From assembly GCA_001782805.1 (NCBI GenBank), contig MFPT01000003.1:1-42071 (forward strand): DNA of 42,071 nucleotides, written 5' to 3'. Shown piece by piece: positions 17,355 to 24,542 of this stretch. Each line of letters starts with the position of its first letter. Position 1 is the stretch's first letter. The translations under genes and the position numbers were made by a program. A model generated the notes under the pieces. It ran no database searches and had not been told where the DNA came from. It saw nothing but the letters and a program-made list of their open reading frames with translations. This DNA is from Candidatus Magasanikbacteria bacterium RIFCSPHIGHO2_01_FULL_41_23 (GTDB taxonomy: Bacteria > Patescibacteriota > Patescibacteriia > Magasanikbacterales > UBA922).

Positions 17355-17516
17355 TCATCCCTTCGCCTCCTCTTGTTGAGGACTTCTGTCAAAGTAAAAG
17401 ATGTCGATCATCCCCACCGAACTGGTGCTGATGAACACCTCACCTGGCTTCAGCCCCTGCTGGTTGAGGAAATCAAGGGCGTACTTCGGAAGGCTGAGTC
17501 TTATGTGCTTCCACAT
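17355..17516 (-). CDS. Small AbrB/MazE-like (SpoVT-AbrB fold) protein, 53 aa; absent from the ORF track
   Basis: My own translation is MWKHIRLSLPKYALDFLNQQGLKPGEVFISTSSVGMIDIFYFDRSPQQEEAKG. aaggag lies about 10 nt upstream of the ATG. The gene sits in a locally GC-rich patch. Confidence 0.45.
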   Translation of the reverse strand: MWKHIRLSLPKYALDFLNQQGLKPGEVFISTSSVGMIDIFYFDRSPQQEEAKG

Positions 17517-17589
17517 GACGAATCATCTCCTTTTTGTTCACTCTGAGCAAAAATAATATAACATGAAAAGAAAATTTTCAAAAGAGTTT

Positions 17590-18414
17590 TTATAAATTTG
17601 TGACTAATTTTGCCTCTAAAAATTCCATTATAAATTTTTTCATTTCAGGCCTGTCTGCAAAAGGATTTTTTCCTTTTGCATCATTTCCACAATAAGCGAA
17701 TCCCAGAAGATGTGCGGTAATGACTTCGCACATTTCTTCGCTTATAGCTGTTTTTTCTATATGAATATTCTCTGGATCTTTTTTAAATTTTCTGTCCGCG
17801 TCCCTGTATGTTCCTGCATACTCAGAAATTGGTGAGGATTGTTCTGCTAATTTTTGAAAATTTGAAATTGCTTCTGAACCGGTAATTAATTTTCCATCGG
17901 GAAATTTTAATGTGTAGTTTTGTATATAAAGCAGAGGTTGCACGATAGTATGGCCAACTTCATGAATAAATCCCTGTGAAGAAACCAGTTTTCGGACTTT
18001 TTCATTAGCCATTTCTTGTGGAATTTCATACAAGGAAATATCCGCCTTTAAAATCTTTGATTCTCCTAAATCTAAATGCATGTAATTAGTACGGGCTGGG
18101 ATTATTGAGGTGGGGGATAATGCGTCTGCTTGGTTGGCTGTATTTAGTTTTTCACCTGTTTGATCTTTGATAAACCATTCGGTTGGCTGGCCAATAATTT
18201 TTCTAAGAATTGATCTTTCTCTGGCATTTTCCGGAAACAAAAAGAAAAGGCGTCCTAGTTCTCGCGGGGATAATTCGATTAATTGTTGATTTTCAATAGG
18301 ATAGGGTAAGTCTGTATCAGCAAGATGCGGAGGCAATTCTATCCCAGAATTTCCATACCATTTTAAAGTTTCTGCCATGTCGAGACCCGGATTGTATACT
18401 TCATGTTCAGCCAT
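17590..18414 (-). CDS. HExxH zinc-metallopeptidase-like protein, function unknown
   Basis: The single HExxH motif (FIHEVGHTIVQ) is the only recognisable feature. It is the last gene of the thymidylate gene string, 11 nt after folA. Confidence 0.6.
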   Translation of the reverse strand: MAEHEVYNPGLDMAETLKWYGNSGIELPPHLADTDLPYPIENQQLIELSPRELGRLFFLFPENARERSILRKIIGQPTEWFIKDQTGEKLNTANQADALSPTSIIPARTNYMHLDLGESKILKADISLYEIPQEMANEKVRKLVSSQGFIHEVGHTIVQPLLYIQNYTLKFPDGKLITGSEAISNFQKLAEQSSPISEYAGTYRDADRKFKKDPENIHIEKTAISEEMCEVITAHLLGFAYCGNDAKGKNPFADRPEMKKFIMEFLEAKLVTNL

Positions 18415-18425
18415 ATGTGGTTTGT

Positions 18426-18902
18426 CTATGAAATTTTTATATAAGTAAAAAATCCAAATCCTTCGTGTTCTTCCCGTTCGGTTTCACGCCAAATGTTTTT
18501 ATCAATCTCCGGGAAAAAAGCGTCGCCGTCAATTATTTGGTGAATTTCGGTGATGTATAATGTATCGGCCGCGTCAATTGTTTGGCGATAAATTTCCGCG
18601 CCGCCAATGACCATTATTTCTTCGGCTTGATGCGCGGCGATTGCGTCGGAGATAGTAGTGTAAATTTTTACTCCGGCCGGGACAACATAATCGGTTTGGC
18701 GAGTAATGACAATGTTCGTTCGTTTTGGTAATGGGCGGAATTTTTCCGGCAAAGATTCCCAGGTTTTGCGACCCATTAAAACAGTTTTACCCAGAGTCAG
18801 TTTTTTGAAGTGCGCCAGATCTTCAGGCAAATACCAAGGGAGAGCGCCACTTTTGCCAATGCAATTATTGGCCGCGATCGCGGCGATGAGGGATAAAGAC
18901 AT
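18426..18902 (-). CDS. folA: Dihydrofolate reductase
   Basis: LIAAIAANNCIGKSGALPW, GRKTWESLP and VIGGAEIY; 158 aa. Confidence 0.9.
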   Translation of the reverse strand: MSLSLIAAIAANNCIGKSGALPWYLPEDLAHFKKLTLGKTVLMGRKTWESLPEKFRPLPKRTNIVITRQTDYVVPAGVKIYTTISDAIAAHQAEEIMVIGGAEIYRQTIDAADTLYITEIHQIIDGDAFFPEIDKNIWRETEREEHEGFGFFTYIKIS

Positions 18903-18930
18903 AGAAAAAATTAAAACTCTAATTCATTTA

Positions 18931-19803
18931 TTAGACCGCAATTTCAAAACCAATCCGCGGATGACTGGCATAACTGATAACTTTGGTATCATCGTATTTC
19001 CAATTGAAAATTGAAGTAAAATTTTCAGTTTCCAAATGAGCGAGTGGATATTGATTTGGGTCGCGGTTTAATTGTTCGCGCGCGCCGTCAAGATGATTTT
19101 TGTAAATGTGCACATCAGCCAAAAAACCAACGAGTTTGCCTTCTTTGAGTCCGGTTTCTTTGGCCAGTAAATGTAAAAGTAACGCATAACTCGCTATATT
19201 AAATGGCAAGCCAAGCATGGTATCTACGGAACGTTGATTCCATAATAAATTTAATCGTCCGTTAATAACCGTCACTTGATACGAATAATGGCAAGGCGGC
19301 AAAGCCATTTCTCCCAACATAGTCGCGTTCCAAGAATTAACAATCATGCGACGATCATTGGAATTTGATTTGAGAGTTTCAATTACGCGTTGGAGTTGAT
19401 CTACGCCTTGGCCAGTGTAATTTGTGTCATAATTATAATAAGACGCGCCAAAATGTCGCCATTGGAAACCATAAACTGGACCGAGATCGCGTTCTTCATT
19501 CATTCTTTTTTTACTACCTTCATCGTGTCCATACGGCGCTTTGCTTGGCCGTGCCCATTCATCCCAGATATGATTATTGCGATCGCGAAGCCATTGTTTG
19601 TCCGTGATGCCTTTAATAAAAAATTCTAATTCACTGGCAATTATTTTGAATGGCATTTTTTTTGTGGTTAAAAGCGGGAAGCCTTTGGCCATATCATGTT
19701 CAAAAATTGCGCCCGCAATGGCGATCGTGCCTACGCCTGTGCGATCATCTTTAACTTCGCCAGTTTCCAGAATTTTTTTAACAATATCCAAATAGGCTTG
19801 CAT
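18931..19803 (-). CDS. thyA: Thymidylate synthase (ThyA type)
   Basis: Catalytic LPPCH and RSVDTMLGLPFNIASYALL. Trimmed to ATG 19803 (MQAYLDIVKKILETG matches the usual ThyA N-terminus); the track start 19830 is TTG. Confidence 0.95.
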   Translation of the reverse strand: MQAYLDIVKKILETGEVKDDRTGVGTIAIAGAIFEHDMAKGFPLLTTKKMPFKIIASELEFFIKGITDKQWLRDRNNHIWDEWARPSKAPYGHDEGSKKRMNEERDLGPVYGFQWRHFGASYYNYDTNYTGQGVDQLQRVIETLKSNSNDRRMIVNSWNATMLGEMALPPCHYSYQVTVINGRLNLLWNQRSVDTMLGLPFNIASYALLLHLLAKETGLKEGKLVGFLADVHIYKNHLDGAREQLNRDPNQYPLAHLETENFTSIFNWKYDDTKVISYASHPRIGFEIAV

Positions 19804-19813
19804 AAAATTTTTG

Positions 19814-20242
19814 TTATCCGGTACTGCCAAATCCGCCGCGATTTGGTTCGGTCATTTCCACGACTTCTTCCCATTCCATTTGATCAACGCGCAAAAATGC
19901 GGCTTGGCCAACACGTTCCCCACGTTCAACATGCACTTCACTATCCGTAAAATTATACACTTGATACAAAATTTCATCGGCTGGCCCGCAATAATCTTGG
20001 TCAATAATGCCAAAGCCCTGCAACAGTGACAAGCCTTTTTTAATCGCTGTGCTGGAGCGCGTGACAATAGCTAGTAAATATCCAGTCGGAATTTTTATTA
20101 TTAAATTGGTCGGAATTTTGGCAATGGTTTTGGCCGGAATTATAATGTCAATTCGGCTGTATAAATCAAAAGCGGCTGCGCCTAGGGTTTGATAAGCGGG
20201 CAAAGGCAGGGAAGTGTCAACTCGTTTTATTTTAATTAACAC
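19814..20242 (-). CDS. dut: dUTP diphosphatase
   Basis: GIIDQDYCG segment and C-terminal motif NRGGFGSTG. GTG start. Confidence 0.85.
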   Translation of the reverse strand: MLIKIKRVDTSLPLPAYQTLGAAAFDLYSRIDIIIPAKTIAKIPTNLIIKIPTGYLLAIVTRSSTAIKKGLSLLQGFGIIDQDYCGPADEILYQVYNFTDSEVHVERGERVGQAAFLRVDQMEWEEVVEMTEPNRGGFGSTG

Positions 20243-20243
20243 A

Positions 20244-20798
20244 CTAATTAATTTTTTTTATAATTTCTTCAATTTGCGCAAATAATTCTTCTTTGGTTCC
20301 ATTGTTATCAATCGTAAAATCAGTCTCCGCCGCGATTTCTTTTATTTTTTGTTCTGATTCTTGCTGACCTTCCGCTTGAAATTCTTCCCATGTTTTTTGG
20401 GCATCATCCGGATTTTCGTGGCGTTGAATAATTCGTTCAAAACGAGTTCGTTCATTTGTGTTTATGGCAATCATATGAAAACTTTCTAGTTTACGAAGAT
20501 ATACAATATCACTCGGCCGACGGATACCCTCGGTAATAATAATTGAGGCATTTGACGCGGCCACATCTTGGGCAATGACTTTGGACATAATATCTTCGCC
20601 ATAGGTTTGGCGTACAAAAGTGGACAGACTCTGCAAATTGGCGCGTTCCGGCTCCACATGAATACGTTTTAGAATATCGCGGAGCATATCAGAAAAACGA
20701 AAAGTCACGGCATTATGCTTTTCTTTTAGATATTCAGTAACGGTTGATTTTCCGGCTGCCATTTCACCGGCTAGACCAAGGATTATTTTATTTTCCAT
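20244..20798 (-). CDS. P-loop nucleotide kinase (dNMP-kinase-like by context)
   Basis: P-loop LGLAGEMAAGKST. About 185 aa from ATG 20798. It is wedged between the dCMP deaminase and dut with 1-nt gaps. Confidence 0.55.
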   Translation of the reverse strand: MENKIILGLAGEMAAGKSTVTEYLKEKHNAVTFRFSDMLRDILKRIHVEPERANLQSLSTFVRQTYGEDIMSKVIAQDVAASNASIIITEGIRRPSDIVYLRKLESFHMIAINTNERTRFERIIQRHENPDDAQKTWEEFQAEGQQESEQKIKEIAAETDFTIDNNGTKEELFAQIEEIIKKIN

Positions 20799-20799
20799 A

Positions 20800-21273
20800 T
20801 TATTTTTCTTGCGCCCATTCAGAAACATATTGCCGATATTTCACCTTAGCTGCGTCAAATAAACGACGTGCGGCCACAAATACATCCACTTCATGATATT
20901 TGTCACTTTCAAAAATAACTTCCACAATGCCATTTTGGATCAATGCTTTGGCGCATTCATTGCAGGGAAATAAGGTTGAATACAATTTTCCGCCTTTGGT
21001 GGAAACATTGGAATTATAAATTGCGTTTTCTTCGGCATGACAAACATACGCGTATTTGGTGTTGAGAAAATCACCTTCGCGTTCCCAAGTCAGTTGGTCG
21101 TTTTCAATTCCGCGAGGCAGACCGTTATAGCCAAGACCAACGACAACATTGTTTTGGTCCACCACGACTGCTCCAACTTGGGTGCTGGGATCTTTGGAAC
21201 GTTCGGCAATGACCCTCGCCATGCGCATAAAACATTCGTCCCAAGAAATGTAATTTTGGCGTGCGGTCTGCAT
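20800..21273 (-). CDS. dCMP deaminase
   Basis: Zinc motifs CHAEENAI and PCNECAK; 157 aa. Confidence 0.9.
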   Translation of the reverse strand: MQTARQNYISWDECFMRMARVIAERSKDPSTQVGAVVVDQNNVVVGLGYNGLPRGIENDQLTWEREGDFLNTKYAYVCHAEENAIYNSNVSTKGGKLYSTLFPCNECAKALIQNGIVEVIFESDKYHEVDVFVAARRLFDAAKVKYRQYVSEWAQEK

Positions 21274-21287
21274 AAATTCAGTGTATT

Positions 21288-21971
21288 TTATTGTACCACT
21301 TCCACTTTTACACTCGGACCCATGGCACTGGTCAGAAATAAGGCTTTGAGATAAGTTCCTTTGGTGCCATTTGGCTTAACACGTTTGAGCGCGTCCACAA
21401 AAGCCGTAATATTTTCTTTTAATTGCGCATCGGTAAAGCTAACTTTGCCAATAGCTTGATGCACATTGGCACCACTGTCGTTTTTAAATGCGGCTTTGCC
21501 TTTTTTCAGTTCAGTCACTAATTTTTTAATATCAGTGCCAACTGTGTCGGTTTTGGGATTAGGCATCAAGCCTTTTGGCCCCAGAATTTTCGCGGCCATG
21601 GCCATTTTTGGCATCATGTCCGGAGTGGCCACGGCGATATCAAATTCAATTTTAAGAGAGCCATCTTTGATTTTTTTAATTTCTTCTTCGCCGTAAACAA
21701 AATCCGCGCCGGCTTCTTGCGCGCTTTTTTCATTGTTTGTGCCAACGAAAGCGGCGATTTTTTTGGTTTTTCCCGTGCCGTGCGGCAAATTCACTGTTGC
21801 GCGAATTTGTTGGTCACTTTTGGCCGGATCAATTCCCAAACAAACATGAACTTCAACCGAAGCATCAAATTTTACTGTACTGGTTTGTTTGACGAGCGTT
21901 ATGGCTTCGTCGAGTTGGTAGATTTTGGTCTTATCGACCAAGGCAATGGCTGTCTGCATGCGTTTTGACAT
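21288..21971 (-). CDS. rplA: 50S ribosomal protein L1
   Basis: L1 family sequence throughout (GTGKTKKIAAF, ILGPKGLMPNPK). Trimmed to ATG 21971 (MSKRMQ..). Confidence 0.9.
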   Translation of the reverse strand: MSKRMQTAIALVDKTKIYQLDEAITLVKQTSTVKFDASVEVHVCLGIDPAKSDQQIRATVNLPHGTGKTKKIAAFVGTNNEKSAQEAGADFVYGEEEIKKIKDGSLKIEFDIAVATPDMMPKMAMAAKILGPKGLMPNPKTDTVGTDIKKLVTELKKGKAAFKNDSGANVHQAIGKVSFTDAQLKENITAFVDALKRVKPNGTKGTYLKALFLTSAMGPSVKVEVVQ

Positions 21972-22033
21972 AGTATTCTTAATTGTGGTCATAGCCCCTA
22001 AATGGTTAGGGTTCCACATAAATAATGTGTCTA

Positions 22034-22062
22034 TTTATATCGCAGTTAAGGCTTTTTGTCAA
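22034..22062 (-). promoter_or_regulatory. Dedicated promoter for rplA, overlapping the ldh stop
   Basis: Minus strand: TTGACA (22062-22057), 17 nt, TATAAA (22039-22034). The leader contains hairpin ccctaa-atgg-ttaggg (21996-22011). Confidence 0.55.
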
Positions 22063-22988
22063 ACTTCGTATTTTTTTAACATGGCCGCAGAGGCCGTTAA
22101 TTTCTTTTGTTCTTGTTTTGAGAGAATCAGAGGCCAAATTTTTTCCACACCAGCGCGACCCAAAATAGCGGGCACTCCAAGTACAATGTTGTCCACGTCG
22201 TTCCAATTCTCAACCAATATACTTATCGGTAAAATTTTTTTCTGATCAAACAGTACTGCCTCGATAATGTCTGCCGTGATGAGACCGATTCCATAGAATG
22301 TCGCGTTTTTGCGACTGATAATTTCATAGGCTTCTTGACGCACTCGTGTTTCAATTTCAGTGCGAGCATGGGCTGTAAGTAATTTGAGTTTGGCAGTCGG
22401 AATTCCTCCGATTGTGACTGAGCTCCATGCTACAAATTCACTGTTGCCATGTTCACCGAGCACAAAACCGTGGACATTTTGGGCACTGATTTTAAATAAG
22501 TGCGACAATTCAGTGCGTAGGCGGGCAGTATCGAGTGCAGTGCCGGTTCCAAATACACGACCCCGCGGCAATTGTGTAAGACGAATTGCTTCTGCTGTAA
22601 GCGCATCCACTGGGTTGGCCACAATAATAACTATGGCCGTGTTTTTAAATCGTGCAATTTTTTTAAAAACTGATTTTAAGATATTGCGATTTTTTGTCGC
22701 CAGGTCCAGACGTGTTTCGCCCGGTGCTTGTGGCGCGCCGGCTGTGTACACAATAATATCGGCGTCGCGGGCGCTCGCAAAATCCGTGCCTTTTACGCAG
22801 CCTGTTTCCACAAAACACATACCATCAGCGATATCCATTACTTCGCCTTCTTCTTTTTTTACATTAATATCAATCAAACTGATTTCTGCCGCGAGATTTT
22901 TGAGAGTCGCGACATAGGCGATTGTCGAACCGACTGAACCAGCGCCGATAATTGCGATTTTAGTGGCCAAAGGCTTTTTGTTATCCAT
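22059..22988 (-). CDS. ldh: L-lactate dehydrogenase
   Basis: IAIIGAGSVGST; GAPQAPGETRLDL with Gln at the LDH/MDH discriminating position; LGEHGNS. Trimmed to ATG 22988 (the track start 23030 is TTG). Confidence 0.85.
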   Translation of the reverse strand: MDNKKPLATKIAIIGAGSVGSTIAYVATLKNLAAEISLIDINVKKEEGEVMDIADGMCFVETGCVKGTDFASARDADIIVYTAGAPQAPGETRLDLATKNRNILKSVFKKIARFKNTAIVIIVANPVDALTAEAIRLTQLPRGRVFGTGTALDTARLRTELSHLFKISAQNVHGFVLGEHGNSEFVAWSSVTIGGIPTAKLKLLTAHARTEIETRVRQEAYEIISRKNATFYGIGLITADIIEAVLFDQKKILPISILVENWNDVDNIVLGVPAILGRAGVEKIWPLILSKQEQKKLTASAAMLKKYEV

Positions 22989-23085
22989 AAAATTTTTTAT
23001 AATCTGAATAATTTCAGATTTAGTATACAAAAAACTCGCGGAATAAGCGAGCTTTTGTACGGATTTGATTTTCAGAGGTTAATTT

Positions 23086-23508
23086 TTATTCGACAGTAAC
23101 GCCCATTTGTTTGGCCGTACCTTCCACCATTTTCATGGCTCCCTCTACAGTATTACTGTTCAAATCTGACATTTTTTTTTCGGCAATTTCACGAACTTGT
23201 TTTTTGCTGATTTTACCAACTTTATTTTTGTTTGGAGTACCCGAGCCTTTTTTAATGTTGGCTGCCATTTTAATGAGCTCGGAAACCGGTGCCACTTTCA
23301 TGATAAAAGTAAAACTGCGATCTTCGTATACCGTAATTATTACGGGGACGATTTCGCCTTTACGATCTTGGGTTTTTTCATTGAATTCTTTACAAAAACC
23401 TTGAATGTTGACGCCATGCTGGCCAAGCGCCGGACCGACCGGAGGCGCTGGATTGGCCGCTCCGCCCACGATTTGTAGTTTAATCTGCGCGTTAATTTTT
23501 TTTGCCAT
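23086..23508 (-). CDS. rplK: 50S ribosomal protein L11
   Basis: [22 protein letters not shown] and full-length L11 similarity. Confidence 0.95.
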   Translation of the reverse strand: MAKKINAQIKLQIVGGAANPAPPVGPALGQHGVNIQGFCKEFNEKTQDRKGEIVPVIITVYEDRSFTFIMKVAPVSELIKMAANIKKGSGTPNKNKVGKISKKQVREIAEKKMSDLNSNTVEGAMKMVEGTAKQMGVTVE

Positions 23509-23523
23509 ATTGTATTTAGATTC

Positions 23524-23630
23524 GTAATAGTATATTAAATTTTATTACCTGCGGATTCGCAGGCCGCTCGCCTAACAACTGGCTCGCTGTCGCACACTGT
23601 CCTCGGTAACAAAATTTAATATACTATTAC
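23524..23630. repeat. 107-nt inverted-repeat element (MITE-like or structured leader) between nusG and rplK
   Basis: Perfect 20-nt arms gtaatagtatattaaatttt (23524-23543) / aaaatttaatatactattac (23611-23630). They extend imperfectly through attacc/ggtaac. The GC-rich core has an inner hairpin cctgcg-gatt-cgcagg. Confidence 0.75.
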
Positions 23631-23693
23631 TTTATTATTTTGGTAAAAACTGTTGAGAAGCCCTTGATACAAGATCAAGGCAACAGAGAATAC

Positions 23694-24239
23694 TTATATT
23701 TTTTTAACTTGTAGCGCATCCAATTCCACCGGAGTTTCGCGACCGAACATATTTACCAGCACTTTTATTTTACCGCGTGATTCATCAACCGCGTTTACTT
23801 TACCTTCAAAATTTTTGAATGGACCGTCAATGATTTTGACCGGATCGTTTATTGCCACATCAATTTTGTGCGTGGGCATTTCTACGGTGATGCGATTCAT
23901 CAGCGCTGTCATTTCTTTTTCATCAATCGGAGTTGGGACAGTTCCCGAACCCACAAAACCGGTGACGTTCGGAGTATTGCGGACAACATACCACGAATCA
24001 TCGGTCACGATCATTTGTACGAGCACATATCCGGGAAAGATTTTTTCTTCGATGACGTTGCGCTTGCCGCCTTTGATTTTTATTTTTTTTTCTTTGGGCA
24101 CCATTACTTCGGCGATTTTGTCTTGCATATCAAAAGACTCAATGCGTTGTTCCAAATTGTGTTTTACATTTTCTTCGTAACCGCTGTAGGTGTGAATCAC
24201 ATACCAGCGCATTCCCAGATTGGGATTTTGTTTTCCCAT
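23694..24239 (-). CDS. nusG: Transcription termination/antitermination factor NusG
   Basis: WYVIHTYSGYE (NGN domain) and KOW segment VKIIDGPFKNFEGKV. The first ATG is at 24239. Confidence 0.9.
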   Translation of the reverse strand: MGKQNPNLGMRWYVIHTYSGYEENVKHNLEQRIESFDMQDKIAEVMVPKEKKIKIKGGKRNVIEEKIFPGYVLVQMIVTDDSWYVVRNTPNVTGFVGSGTVPTPIDEKEMTALMNRITVEMPTHKIDVAINDPVKIIDGPFKNFEGKVNAVDESRGKIKVLVNMFGRETPVELDALQVKKI

Positions 24240-24246
24240 AGACAAA

Positions 24247-24432
24247 TTATTTGATAATATAATCTAGGCCTTTGTTAAGACCAAGATCCATAACCATAAA
24301 GAAAATGGCCACGCCAGCACTTAAAGCAAAGACCGCAATCGTGTAATTAATTGTTTGTTTTCGTGATAACCATTGAACTTTTTTAAGTTCTTCAATGGCT
24401 TCTTTAATATAGGCTACTATTTTCATAAACAA
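24247..24432 (-). CDS. secE: Preprotein translocase subunit SecE
   Basis: 61 aa with EELKKVQW followed by a single TM helix. Canonical position upstream of nusG. Confidence 0.8.
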   Translation of the reverse strand: MFMKIVAYIKEAIEELKKVQWLSRKQTINYTIAVFALSAGVAIFFMVMDLGLNKGLDYIIK

Positions 24433-24494
24433 ATGAGTGGGGAAGAATATAATTTTTGGAACTAAAAAAGGCCTACGGCCGATTTGTTGGTAGC

Positions 24495-24523
24495 ACTATA
24501 TATAAAAATGAGAGGATTGTCAA
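24495..24523 (-). promoter_or_regulatory. Candidate promoter upstream of secE
   Basis: Minus strand: TTGACA (24523-24518), 17 nt, TATAGT (24500-24495). A small ggcc-gta-ggcc hairpin plus T6 (24480-24464) follows it. Confidence 0.4.
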
Positions 24524-24542
24524 TGTTGATAAAAGTGGATAA

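Noticed and set aside
18931-19803. ThyA homologue as a phage-style dUMP/dCMP hydroxymethylase for base hypermodification
   Set aside because: The sequence keeps canonical ThyA residues (PPCH, and LGLPFNIASYALL with Asn) and is partnered with folA, consistent with ordinary thymidylate synthesis.
23031-23057. Hairpin ctcgc-ggaataa-gcgag plus T-run as a terminator between rplK and ldh
   Set aside because: The stem is only 5 bp, which is too weak to call. I noted it because it would support transcriptional separation of rplK from ldh.
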